Positions 19,271-29,223 of a DNA stretch of 55,490 nucleotides are shown piece after piece. The stretch covers positions 1 through 55,490 of the forward strand of contig JBHLOI010000020.1 of the NCBI GenBank assembly GCA_048940645.1. Reading direction: 5' to 3'. Positions within the stretch are counted from its first letter, which is position 1. Every line of letters starts with the position of its first letter. Position numbers and translations under genes: made by a program. The stretch comes from Promethearchaeota archaeon. Lineage in GTDB: Archaea; Asgardarchaeota; Lokiarchaeia; Sigyniarchaeales; SOKP01. Below the pieces are notes generated by a model. The model made no database searches and was not told where the DNA came from. It saw only the letters and a list, made by a program, of their open reading frames with translations.

Positions 19271-20064
19271 TTAAGAAAAATTTTTTACTAATATTAGTAG
19301 GTTTACCGTCATCTGGTAAAACCACAATTGCTCAAATTTTAAAAGATTTAATTGAAAAAAAATATAAAAATTTTCAAGTAAAAATTGTGGATCCAGATAA
19401 GATAAGGAATTCTATTTCTCCAAACAAATTTAATCACCAAAAAGAACAATTGGTTAGAGAGATAAGCCTAAATGACATCAGAACTGGATTAGATCAAGGT
19501 TTTATAGTAATCAGTGATGATTTAAACTATTACACTAGTATGCGTCATGATTTAAAGCAAATTGCTGAAGAAAAGAATATAAGGTATTTTATTCTGCATA
19601 TTGCTACACCTCTCGAAATATGTATCAAATGGAATAAACAGAGAGGTGAACCTATTCCGCAAGATGTGATTTATAAAATCAATGAAAAGTTTGATTCATT
19701 CCATAATTATAATTGGGATAATCCCATTCAGATAATTGATCCTTCCAAGTTTAATGTTTTAGAAGATGCTATAGGTAAATTACTAAATGTTTTTGAAAAG
19801 AATTTGAGGTCAATAGCCCTAGATTCCTATCACAGGGGAGAAAAAACAGATAAAGAGCAATACCATGAAAAATTAGATAGAATTACGAGAAATGTTATAG
19901 GAAACATTATTAAAAATGATAATTACCAGCCTTTTATAAAAAAAATTTCAAAGATGCGAAAAGAATTTATCAAAAAAAATCTAAAAAAAGTAATGACAGA
20001 AACCCAGATCTCGGAAAATTTCCTAAAATTCATAAAAAGATATTTAAATAGTGAATTTTCTTAA
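19267..20064 (+). CDS. pstK: O-phosphoseryl-tRNA(Sec) kinase (PSTK/Kti12 family)
   Basis: 'GLPSSGKTT', 'VISDDLNYYTSMRHDL', 'WNKQRGEPIP', 'YNWDNP', helical C-domain 'LDRITRNVIG'. Confidence 0.8.
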   Translation: MIKKNFLLILVGLPSSGKTTIAQILKDLIEKKYKNFQVKIVDPDKIRNSISPNKFNHQKEQLVREISLNDIRTGLDQGFIVISDDLNYYTSMRHDLKQIAEEKNIRYFILHIATPLEICIKWNKQRGEPIPQDVIYKINEKFDSFHNYNWDNPIQIIDPSKFNVLEDAIGKLLNVFEKNLRSIALDSYHRGEKTDKEQYHEKLDRITRNVIGNIIKNDNYQPFIKKISKMRKEFIKKNLKKVMTETQISENFLKFIKRYLNSEFS

Positions 20065-20156
20065 TTTCTTTGTAATATAATAATTATAAATAATAAAGAT
20101 AAAGAAAATAAGTTTTCATTTATTATATAAATATAAAACAGTTTTAAGTTTTTAAA

Positions 20157-22436
20157 ATGTCGACAAACAAACCCGAAATAAAAGAAGCTAAATTAAGAAT
20201 TGAAGAGTTGGATAAAAGTCGAAGTGGCCGTTCATTATGTTATATAGATCAAAATATTCTTGAACAATTAGGTTTAACTACTGGGAATATAATTGAGATA
20301 AGAGGAAAGAAAAAAACCACAGGAATAGTCGTATCCAGCATCAACGATAAAGGAAAGGGAATAATAAGGTTAGATGGGCTTCAAAGATTAAATGCTGGAG
20401 CAACTATTGGCGAATATGTTAGCATCAGATTAGCACGAGTATATCCTGCTCGAGAAATTGTATTAACTCCCACAAAAGCTAATATTGATCTTAAGAGACA
20501 AGCAGATGCTATTAAAGCAAAATTAATCGATAAACCAGTAGTTATTGGTGATATCGTTGATGTTTTGGGAGCGGTCTATCAAAAAAGTGATCCAGGAAAT
20601 CCTATGAATGAGATTATGAGTATGTTCATGAAAAGTCAGAAAAAAAGACCAACACTGGGAATACTAAGGTTAATTGTTGAAAATACTGCCCCATCTGATA
20701 AAATAGTGAAAATAACTCGTGATACAATAATTAAAGTTAATAAAAGAGTTGCTGTTTTGAATGTTTCGGGTGGTGTAGTTACTTATGATGATGTTGGAGG
20801 ATTAATAGATGAAATTCAACGAATAAGGGAAATGGTCGAATTACCTTTAAAACATCCTGAATTATTTCATAGGTTAAATATAGATCCCCCTAAAGGAGTC
20901 CTGTTTTATGGACCTTCTGGTACTGGTAAAACCTTAATGGCTAAAGCTGTTTCTCAGGAATCGAATGCTCATTTTATCACAATAAATGGTCCTGAGATAA
21001 TGAGTAAGTTTTATGGAGCAAGTGAAGGAAGGCTTCGAGAAATATTTCGAGAAGCAGAAGAAAATTCACCTTCCATAATCTTCATTGACGAAATTGATTC
21101 TATTGCTCCAAAAAGAGTAGAAACGTCCGGAGAGGTTGAAAGAAGAGTTGTTTCCCAATTACTTTCCTTATTGGATGGTCTCAGAGGAAGAGGAGAAATT
21201 ATTTGTATAGGTGCCACAAATAGAATAAATGCAATTGATGAAGCTTTGAGACGCCCAGGACGATTTGATCGAGAAATTGAGTTTGGTGTTCCAAATATGA
21301 AAGGCCGTAAAGAGATCTTTCAAATTCATACGAGAGGGATGCCAATTGAAGATGATGTTGATTTAAATGATTATGCAGATATTACTTATGGTTTTGTAGG
21401 CGCAGATATTATGGCAGTATGTCGAGAAGCCGCAATGTTTGCCTTAAGAAAGATATTACCACAAATAAATTTGGACGAGCCTATACCTAGCAGAATTATA
21501 CAAGAGTTGAAAATTAATAATGAGGATTTTATGCAAGCAATAAATATGATTGAACCTTCTGCTATGAGAGAAGTAATGGTTGAAATTCCAAATGTAAATT
21601 GGGATGATGTTGGAGGATTAGAAGGTGTAAAACAAGAGTTAAAAGAGGCTGTTGAATGGCCATTAAAATACCCTAAGCTATTCGAAAAAGCAGGAATTAG
21701 ACCATTAAATGGTATCCTTATATTCGGACCTCCAGGATGTGGCAAAACACTCCTAGCAAAAGCAATAGCTACTGAAAGTAAATCAAATTTCATATCTATT
21801 AAAGGCCCTGAAATTTTCTCAAAATGGGTTGGAGAAAGTGAAAAAACTGTTAGAGAGATATTTCGCAAAGCTCGTCAATCAGCACCATCAATTATTTATT
21901 TCGATGAAATAGATGCTATTTCTGCCGGTAGGGGAGAATATGCAGGTACCCAAGTATATGCATCAATTGTTAATCAAATTCTAGTTGAAATGGATGGAAT
22001 TGAGAACCGTCAAGGTATTGTTACGATTGCTAGCACAAACCGTCCAGATATTGTTGATCCTGCATTTTTAAGACCTGGAAGATTTGATAGATTAATTTAT
22101 GTAGAGGCTCCAGATTTTGAGTCTAGGATAAAGATTTTAGAAGTACACAGCAAAAATATGCCGTTAGCAGAAGATATATCTTTAAAGCGTATTGCTCAAA
22201 TCACGGAAGGTTATAGTGGTGCAGATTTAGAAAATGTGTGTCGTGAAGCAGGAATGCAGGCTATTAGAGAAAAGATGGAAAAATTTGATAAAATAGAAAA
22301 CAAGCACTTTGAATTTGCTTTAAATAAAATCAAGTCCACTTTGCCAGGTGAAATCATACAGCGTTACGAGTCTATGGCAAAAGAAATTACAGAATCCCGT
22401 AATATAAAAGAATCTCAGGCAGATTTCTATAAGTAA
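20157..22436 (+). CDS. cdc48: CDC48/VCP (VAT) AAA+ ATPase
   Basis: Double-psi barrel N-domain and two AAA modules (GPSGTGKT / [19 protein letters not shown]). Confidence 0.97.
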   Translation: MSTNKPEIKEAKLRIEELDKSRSGRSLCYIDQNILEQLGLTTGNIIEIRGKKKTTGIVVSSINDKGKGIIRLDGLQRLNAGATIGEYVSIRLARVYPAREIVLTPTKANIDLKRQADAIKAKLIDKPVVIGDIVDVLGAVYQKSDPGNPMNEIMSMFMKSQKKRPTLGILRLIVENTAPSDKIVKITRDTIIKVNKRVAVLNVSGGVVTYDDVGGLIDEIQRIREMVELPLKHPELFHRLNIDPPKGVLFYGPSGTGKTLMAKAVSQESNAHFITINGPEIMSKFYGASEGRLREIFREAEENSPSIIFIDEIDSIAPKRVETSGEVERRVVSQLLSLLDGLRGRGEIICIGATNRINAIDEALRRPGRFDREIEFGVPNMKGRKEIFQIHTRGMPIEDDVDLNDYADITYGFVGADIMAVCREAAMFALRKILPQINLDEPIPSRIIQELKINNEDFMQAINMIEPSAMREVMVEIPNVNWDDVGGLEGVKQELKEAVEWPLKYPKLFEKAGIRPLNGILIFGPPGCGKTLLAKAIATESKSNFISIKGPEIFSKWVGESEKTVREIFRKARQSAPSIIYFDEIDAISAGRGEYAGTQVYASIVNQILVEMDGIENRQGIVTIASTNRPDIVDPAFLRPGRFDRLIYVEAPDFESRIKILEVHSKNMPLAEDISLKRIAQITEGYSGADLENVCREAGMQAIREKMEKFDKIENKHFEFALNKIKSTLPGEIIQRYESMAKEITESRNIKESQADFYK

Positions 22437-22448
22437 TTTCTTAATTGA

Positions 22449-22562
22449 AAATTATCCCTTTTTAAAGGTCTAGGGGGATTGCGTTTAGAATCGCTAACGT
22501 TAATAACCAAAAAGGGAGCTGAGATACTTCCTAAAACTCCATTTGAAGTAGATTATGTTTAA
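22449..22562 (+). pseudogene. Orphan C-terminal fragment of an M24 (Xaa-Pro) peptidase
   Basis: Unannotated frame reads KLSLFKGLGGLRLESLTLITKKGAEILPKTPFEVDYV*, like the M24 'GGVRIED.VLVT..G.E.LT..P' tail; preceded by an in-frame TGA, no start codon. Confidence 0.6.
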
Positions 22563-22570
22563 TTCTTCTT

Positions 22571-23719
22571 TTATTTTTTAACAAACTTTTCTATCCTATC
22601 CATTGCATCTTCTAATTTACTCATCTCTGTTGCGTATGAGATTCTTATTCTATCATTTGAAAAAGAACCAAAAGTATCTCCGGGAATTATTGCTACACCT
22701 TGTTGTTGCATAATTTTTTTAGAGAATTCTGACCCATTTATGTCGAAATTTTTAACTGAGGGCATAATATAAAAAGCACCCTTTGGTTTAACTACCTCAA
22801 AACCCAGTTGTTTTAATCTATTATACATAAATAATCGTCTCTCATCAAAACTTTTGAGTATATCATTAAAAAAGTTGGGTTCCATTTTTAATGCTTCTAT
22901 AAACCCATATTGTGCTGGATGATTAGTTCCTGCTACCGTGTATTGATGAAATTTCTCCATTAAATCAATAATTTCTTTTTTTGCAACAACATAGCCAAGT
23001 CGAAAACCAGTTGCTGAGAATAACTTTGACATGGCATTAGTAGTAATAGTTCGTTCAAACATTCCATCCAAGGATGCAGGGCTAATATGTTTATATCCAT
23101 CATAAACATAATTCTCGTAAACCTCATCAGTGATGATATATAAATCATTATCATTTACTATCTCGACAATTTGATCTAATTCCTCGGGAGATAACGCATA
23201 TCCAGTAGGATTATTGGGAGAATTAATTAAAATTGCTTTAGTTTTTGGAGTGATTGATGAAATAATTTTTTCAATATTGGGACTAAAATCATTATTTCTT
23301 TCGATTTCTGTTATTTTAACATTAAAGAAAACTCCTAAATAGAAATAAGAGATAAAATTTGGTGATGATAATATTAATTCATCTCCAGGATTAAAAATTG
23401 AGGCGAAGGCAAGAGTAAGAGCTTGTGAACCTCCATTAGTAATTATGATGTTTTCTTTCCAATTACAATTAATTTTGTTTACTTTTCCCATTTTATTCTC
23501 AATTAATTGCAGTAGTTTAGGAACGCCCCTTGTTGGAGCATAATAGGTAATTTTATTTTTTAATGCTTCTATATTTCCGTGAATTGCAGGATCTGGAGTC
23601 TTAAAATCTGGTTGACCTATCCCTAAACTTATTACATCCGATCTTCCTATAGCAAGATCAAATAATTCTCGAATCTTTGATTTTGGTGCTTTAGCAACAT
23701 TACGGGATAATTCTTTCAT
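22571..23719 (-). CDS. Class I/II PLP aminotransferase (AspC-like)
   Basis: 'SLGIGQPDF', 'NSPNNPTG', 'DEVY', 'SKLFSATGFRLG'. Confidence 0.93.
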   Translation of the reverse strand: MKELSRNVAKAPKSKIRELFDLAIGRSDVISLGIGQPDFKTPDPAIHGNIEALKNKITYYAPTRGVPKLLQLIENKMGKVNKINCNWKENIIITNGGSQALTLAFASIFNPGDELILSSPNFISYFYLGVFFNVKITEIERNNDFSPNIEKIISSITPKTKAILINSPNNPTGYALSPEELDQIVEIVNDNDLYIITDEVYENYVYDGYKHISPASLDGMFERTITTNAMSKLFSATGFRLGYVVAKKEIIDLMEKFHQYTVAGTNHPAQYGFIEALKMEPNFFNDILKSFDERRLFMYNRLKQLGFEVVKPKGAFYIMPSVKNFDINGSEFSKKIMQQQGVAIIPGDTFGSFSNDRIRISYATEMSKLEDAMDRIEKFVKK

Positions 23720-23810
23720 AATTTACTAACTATTTAGTTCTATTTAAAACATTTGATTTTTAAACATCCAAAAAATGTGAAAGAAAAATTAGAACATAGA
23801 CAAGGATGAT

Positions 23811-24359
23811 TTAGATTTTTTCTCCATAATTTCTTAAAATTTGAAATACTAAATTTTTAAATGCTTTTTCTACATTATCCCCAAATTTCGCACTTGTTTC
23901 AATAAAATCGCTTGCTTGTATTTTTTCAGCTAATTCCTTTCCTTTTTCTTCAGGAACAGTTCTATCATCACTTAAATCAATTTTATTACCTATAAGTATG
24001 TATGCACCTTCCCTTTTTACATACTTTTTAAAATCTTTAAGCCATTTTAATTCTATATTCTCAAATGTTTGAGATCGTGTAACATCATAGACAACCAATG
24101 CTCCAACACACCCTTGAAAATACATAGAACGAATAACATTATATTTTTCTTGACCCGCAAGATCCCACATGATTAATCTTACTTGAGCATTGACTTCTTC
24201 TAAAGTTACATCTTTACGGACAATATTTGCTCCTAAAGTTGGTTTGTAATCTTCTTGAAAGGCTCCTTCAACGAATTGGTTTATTAAAGACGTTTTACCT
24301 ACCGCCGCATCTCCTAATATTGTAATTTTAAAGACATATTCTCGTTCTTCAGCGGTCAT
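23811..24359 (-). CDS. Rab-like small GTPase
   Basis: GDAAVGKTS, YKPTLG, WDLAGQE, NKID, SAK. Confidence 0.93.
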   Translation of the reverse strand: MTAEEREYVFKITILGDAAVGKTSLINQFVEGAFQEDYKPTLGANIVRKDVTLEEVNAQVRLIMWDLAGQEKYNVIRSMYFQGCVGALVVYDVTRSQTFENIELKWLKDFKKYVKREGAYILIGNKIDLSDDRTVPEEKGKELAEKIQASDFIETSAKFGDNVEKAFKNLVFQILRNYGEKI

Positions 24360-24427
24360 CTCTTCTTATATCAATCCTTATAATTACTAATAGGTGATTT
24401 TAATATTGGATAATTAAATATGTAACA

Positions 24428-25051
24428 TTATTTTGATTTTTGATCTATATAATTATTTTCCTTTTTTGTTTTAAATCTTTTTTTTATTTTCAACTTTAGA
24501 ACAAATGAATTGTGATGAGGATGATTAATATTCTCTTTTTCTCCATAAAAAAATATTTGATAATTTGATGGTAATGCTTTTTCAAGTGAATGAACAAGAA
24601 ATCCTTTGAATAGATCGCATGAAACTCCAATTTCAGAGCAAAAAATACATTTTTTCACTTTAATAACTATTTTTTCATCAGTTTTTTCTATAATTTCTAC
24701 ATTCCAATCTGTTTGGATAAAATCCTTGATCTCTCTTATAATATCCTCGAACTTTTTTCCATAAGGGAATAAATAAAAAGAGAATTTTCGTCCAATTTCA
24801 TACAATAACTTAGTCGAATCATATAATAGGCAATTCTGAGCAGCAATTATTTTTTTAAATGAAAAAAAATCTATTACTCCATTTGGATCTGCTTCTTGAA
24901 TATTCTTTAATTCCAACAATCCTGCTTCTCTTAAAATGGATTTCATCCCATCATAATCAAGATTATCAAGATAAGATTGTAAAAGAGCAGTAACTACTCT
25001 ATTTCTAACTGTACCTTTATAACCTCCAATTATTCTGGAATTATTTGACAT
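24428..25051 (-). CDS. V4R-like domain protein
   Basis: 'ILREAGL', 'LYEIGRKFS', 'CIFCSEIGVSCDLFKGFL' fit a V4R/HNOX-like fold; usual final Cys pair absent. Confidence 0.65.
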   Translation of the reverse strand: MSNNSRIIGGYKGTVRNRVVTALLQSYLDNLDYDGMKSILREAGLLELKNIQEADPNGVIDFFSFKKIIAAQNCLLYDSTKLLYEIGRKFSFYLFPYGKKFEDIIREIKDFIQTDWNVEIIEKTDEKIVIKVKKCIFCSEIGVSCDLFKGFLVHSLEKALPSNYQIFFYGEKENINHPHHNSFVLKLKIKKRFKTKKENNYIDQKSK

Positions 25052-25355
25052 ATATCTCGTTAAAATATATAATTTTTATGAGCTTTTTAGTAATCTTCTG
25101 ATTACTTCTCAAACTCATGATTCAATTTTCTTATTCCTAATTCAAATGTACTTATAAATTTAGAAAATTCAATAAATTTAAGCTTTTTTTTTGTGAAATT
25201 ACAAACGATATACAATGTTAAAAAGTATTACTTTTAGTGTAATATTAATTTTAAAAGAGTAATACTCTTAAAATACAGAAATTAAATAAACTAAGAAAAG
25301 AATTAAGACAAATTTTGTCTTTATATTTTAAAAAATATTAAAGAATTTTCCAAAT

Positions 25356-25823
25356 TTAATCTATTATTGGGATAATAGATGACCAGAGATATATGAAATA
25401 CCTTATAAGCACAAATATAAAGCTAGCAATTCCAAAAATCAAACCCGTAATCGCCATTCCTTTTGAATCGTCTTTAACAATTCCAATAATTCCAAAAACA
25501 ACAGCTATAATCCCTGGAAGATTAACTATTACGTTAAAAGGTATTATGATATAAGAATAACCAAATAATCTGAGTATCATAATCAAAATTGATAAGCTCA
25601 TTGCCATAATTCCAAATGATAAAGCAAGGATTCCGTTTGTTTTTTGAGGTTTAAAATAACCAGAGGCTGGCTTAGGTTTTACATATTCAACTGTTTTAAC
25701 TTGACTCTCTGCTTCTTTCTGATACAATGTAGAAAAATGCTCATGTGATAGTTTATAGCCACAATTTGCACACACTTTCCAATTAGGCTCTACTGGAGTA
25801 CCACAATTTGGACAATAATTCAT
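25356..25823 (-). CDS. Zinc-ribbon membrane protein, paralog of 2308-2796 (ATG at 25823)
   Basis: MNYCPNCG..WKVCANCG and 'KDDSKGMA' shared with the paralog. Confidence 0.75.
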   Translation of the reverse strand: MNYCPNCGTPVEPNWKVCANCGYKLSHEHFSTLYQKEAESQVKTVEYVKPKPASGYFKPQKTNGILALSFGIMAMSLSILIMILRLFGYSYIIIPFNVIVNLPGIIAVVFGIIGIVKDDSKGMAITGLIFGIASFIFVLIRYFIYLWSSIIPIID

Positions 25824-26027
25824 ACGAAATATTAACAAAAGTGTATATTTATTTCTTTTCTTCCAATAGTAAATGTGTCATTAAAAGTGGATTAATTTGG
25901 TTGTTGAGTATTACTATAAATCAATCACGAACACAACTTAGAAAAGGAAAAAAATAAAGCAAAAAAATAAAAAAACCCTTAAAATTAAGGAATTGAATAA
26001 ATTATTAAAAAAATTCAAAAGAAAGGA

Positions 26028-27737
26028 TTATTCTTTAACAGTTTCTAAAAGTTCTTCAATCTCAGATTGGATTTCATCTGGTTTCTTCGCTTCTTCTCCT
26101 TGAATGGCTAAGGCGCGCTCTAAACGCTCCCTATGCAAAGTGTTCATAGCACAGAAGGGTACCTCTAGTACTTTGCTATTATCATCCGGATCAATTACTC
26201 CATAATGGACAAGACATCGACATACCCTATCAAGGTCAAAATTGTAGGAATCCTGGAAATGCATTGAGGAGATTAGCAGATTCCTTTCATGGAAGAATTT
26301 GCCTGCAGATTGAAGATTGGGAAAAGCAATCAGGCGAGAGAATGCTATTAACGTTTTACTTGTTAAGATTTTCGCAGGGTTACGTACGTATCTCATAGCT
26401 CCAGCAAAATAATAAGCCTTCATCATCTGACGATATCCTAAGCTTGTTATATCATCAACAAACTTTCCTATCGTACTTGCGATACTCCCAAACTCCTCTA
26501 AATTGATACCCTTAAGGAGTCCAGTAGGTTTTGGAACTTCTTGTTTCTGGGCCATGTCATATACTTTATTTGACCAACGGATGAGCCCTTCCGCGTCAAA
26601 ATAGTTCTCAATTGGTTCCCATTCATCCTTGGCATTGATAACGCAAATTGTTGCAAATCCGCAATCTGAGTGGCTGGTTGGGCTCCACTCAGGCAGATCG
26701 TCGAACCATGCTAGTAATCGAGTCATCTTAGCAGTGGTTGCTAATGGATAAAATTTGGTAATGGCATTATTTGTATGTTCATTTATTGCAATTTTCAAAT
26801 CTGAGGTTGTATATCGTATATCCATCAACTCTTCAAAGCTTATGCGACCACATAGAGATACAGGTTGATAAATAATTCCAGAAATAACATCATTATTGTC
26901 TTTAGCAAAGTCCATAATCTTTCCAACTTCTTGATCATTTACTCCCTTAGCTATCACTGGGACTAGCATTACACCATAAAATCCTAATTTACGAGCATTC
27001 TCAATTACTCTCTGTTTTAAAGGCCATAAATTTACGCCTCGTATCTTTTTCCATACTTCAGGGTTATCAGTTGCATCGAATTGCAAATAAATAGCATCCA
27101 TTCCAGCATCTTTGCATTGTTTCATAAATTCAATTGACTTGGCAAATCTAACTCCATTAGTGGTAACCATAACTTCAATAAAACCTAATTCTTTACCTTT
27201 GCGTATGATGTCAGGGAGATCATCTCTAACTGTCGGTTCTCCACCAGAAATTTGTAATAAAACGGCTGGTGTGGGTTTCATAGATCTAAAATGCTCCATT
27301 ATTTGGACAATTTGATCATATGTTGGTTGGACAACGTATCCCTTTGCACTAGCATTAGCAAAACAAATCGGGCAAGCTAAATTACACCTATTAGTGATAT
27401 CAATTAAGCAAATATTCGGGGCGCTTTTATGATTGTCACAAAGTCCACAATCATAAGGGCAACCTTCATTACATTCCTTTATTCCCGAAGATACATATTC
27501 AGGTTTAGTTGTATTGGATACAGTAGAACCAATCTCATCTGTAAAGGTTTGTTGCCATTTATATTCTTCTGGATTAACGCTAAGCTTATCTTTAAAATCT
27601 CCGTGATCTTCACAATTTTTCCTCATCATTACCCAGTTTGTATTATCATCAACGTATATTTCGGCTGCTATTGGCTGTAAGCATTCTGGACATATACTTG
27701 TTGTGCGTCTTATTATTTCTTCAGTCATAAGCATCAT
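26028..27737 (-). CDS. tes: Tetraether lipid synthase Tes / GDGT-MAS (MJ0619 family radical SAM enzyme)
   Basis: N-terminal CPEC...CEDH, 'GCPYDCGLCDNH', radical SAM CNLACPIC, C-terminal 'HSDCG', 'MHFQDSYNFD..RC.VHY', 'PFCAMN'. Confidence 0.85.
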   Translation of the reverse strand: MMLMTEEIIRRTTSICPECLQPIAAEIYVDDNTNWVMMRKNCEDHGDFKDKLSVNPEEYKWQQTFTDEIGSTVSNTTKPEYVSSGIKECNEGCPYDCGLCDNHKSAPNICLIDITNRCNLACPICFANASAKGYVVQPTYDQIVQIMEHFRSMKPTPAVLLQISGGEPTVRDDLPDIIRKGKELGFIEVMVTTNGVRFAKSIEFMKQCKDAGMDAIYLQFDATDNPEVWKKIRGVNLWPLKQRVIENARKLGFYGVMLVPVIAKGVNDQEVGKIMDFAKDNNDVISGIIYQPVSLCGRISFEELMDIRYTTSDLKIAINEHTNNAITKFYPLATTAKMTRLLAWFDDLPEWSPTSHSDCGFATICVINAKDEWEPIENYFDAEGLIRWSNKVYDMAQKQEVPKPTGLLKGINLEEFGSIASTIGKFVDDITSLGYRQMMKAYYFAGAMRYVRNPAKILTSKTLIAFSRLIAFPNLQSAGKFFHERNLLISSMHFQDSYNFDLDRVCRCLVHYGVIDPDDNSKVLEVPFCAMNTLHRERLERALAIQGEEAKKPDEIQSEIEELLETVKE

Positions 27738-28044
27738 TTTTTGTATTTTTTTTTAATAAAAACATTATTTAATTAAAAGGTTAGTTAACTTTTCTATAAA
27801 AATTTTTTATATAAAATAATACTTGGATTAGTATTATTATTTTCTTTTATGGATTTTAATAAGAAGCCCTAGAAATCACGATTTTTGGAAAAAAATTAAG
27901 ACTATTACTAATACGTCTATTCCTAATTTCTTGGATTTCCTACATATTTGTCTAAAGCCTGTAGTGGTTCAACGAAAAAATATTTAAATAAATTTGATCT
28001 TCTTCTTCTCCAATCCAAAAAATTTATAGAAAAGACTGAGAGAA

Positions 28045-28761
28045 ATGAAAAAAAGAAAAATCTCACAATTAGCTATTTTAACCTTATTTGTATATTTTTC
28101 AATAATTAATTTGTTGCCCGTAGCAAAAGGATATAATTATACATTTTCTGATGCAGAAGATGATGTTATTCGAGAATGTGATTCTGCAATAGAAACTGGT
28201 GATTATTATGATGAACTTGATATAGTTAAAATTGTTATTGCTGACAAACACGTAAATTTAACTGTGGCAGGTAATCTCTCTTATTGGAATTCTAGCTATT
28301 CTGCTAGAATATATTTTTCTGATCGATTCTATACCTCTTCTACTGGTTTTAGTTGGTCACCTCCTTATTACATCTTACACTGTGCAAATGATAGTGGTCC
28401 CCTCAAAGTAATTTTACGGAGGGGTTACAGTTTGGGGGGTGGGAATTTTGCTTATGAAGTGTGGAATGGCACAGGTTGGGAAGATGAGAACACAGCAGCT
28501 GAAGCAAATATAATTACTGATGTTACAGAACATTCAATAATAATCGATATTCCTCTAGCAGTTGAGCCCATTCCAGATAGCATGCAAGTGGTGGTGGCGG
28601 CGCGTTTGTTCCTTTTTGGTGATTGCGACTACATGGATTTTGCACCTGAATTATCTAGTTTATCTAGTTCACAAGACGGCATCTCTGGTTATAATTTATT
28701 TATAATGAGTTTTATTGTAATAGGGATTTCTTTAATCATGATAAAAAAATACAAAAAATAG
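28045..28761 (+). CDS. Secreted beta-rich surface protein with Loki-CTERM-type sorting signal
   Basis: Signal peptide MKKRK-hydrophobic-AKG; Ser-rich linker; 'ISGYNLFIMSFIVIGISLIMIKKYKK' tail. Confidence 0.75.
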   Translation: MKKRKISQLAILTLFVYFSIINLLPVAKGYNYTFSDAEDDVIRECDSAIETGDYYDELDIVKIVIADKHVNLTVAGNLSYWNSSYSARIYFSDRFYTSSTGFSWSPPYYILHCANDSGPLKVILRRGYSLGGGNFAYEVWNGTGWEDENTAAEANIITDVTEHSIIIDIPLAVEPIPDSMQVVVAARLFLFGDCDYMDFAPELSSLSSSQDGISGYNLFIMSFIVIGISLIMIKKYKK

Positions 28762-28859
28762 TAACCTAATCTATCAATTTTTTTCTTTTTTAGATACTTT
28801 CTTAATAACTCAATCTTAAAAATCATTTTCATTAGGAGCAAGTATTTATATGAATAAAC

Positions 28860-29038
28860 AGATAAAGGTCTGAATCTTTAAAGGGAGACTCCTGCCACCA
28901 AGACCTAATAATAAGGTCAGAAACAAAATAGGGGGAGGAGGGCGAAATCAGAGTGTGTTTTTACACACTACCAAAAGACAAAAATCCAGGGTAGTGACAG
29001 GAGTCATTTTATTAAATCTTTATTTCTCTCCCTATTTT
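28860..29038. ncRNA. Candidate structured non-coding RNA of unknown class
   Basis: GC-rich island; 14-bp outer stem 28887-28900/28992-29005, hairpins 28902-28918 and 28952-28969, 13-bp pairing 28925-28937/29026-29038; TATA-like TTTATAT at 28845. Confidence 0.45.
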
Positions 29039-29159
29039 GATTTTAATTTTATTAACAATACTTTTTAAATTTTTATCTTATGATTGAAATAAATAATGAT
29101 TCAAAATAGAATTTAAAAATTCTTATTATGCATTAAATAGATTTGGATATATTTAAAAT

Positions 29160-29223
29160 AATTGTCGAGTTTTTATCGACAGAATAGTCAAAATTGTCGA
29201 GTTTTGATCGACAGAATAGTGAA
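29160..29223. repeat. Two tandem 32-bp direct repeats, each containing the palindrome TGTCGA-N7-TCGACA
   Basis: aattgtcgagtttttatcgacagaatagtcaa / aattgtcgagttttgatcgacagaatagtgaa (30/32 identical), plus a degenerate third start. Confidence 0.9.

Noticed and set aside
25102-25215. 37-codon TTG-started minus-strand ORF upstream of the V4R-like gene
   Set aside because: No motif, no SD-like signal, and a length compatible with chance.
28887-29005. Structured element as tRNA-Sec, 5S rRNA or an ORB-containing origin
   Set aside because: No T-loop/anticodon geometry or 5S conserved loops. GAAACAAAATAGGGGG resembles only the 3' half of an ORB, and no cdc6/orc1 gene is nearby.
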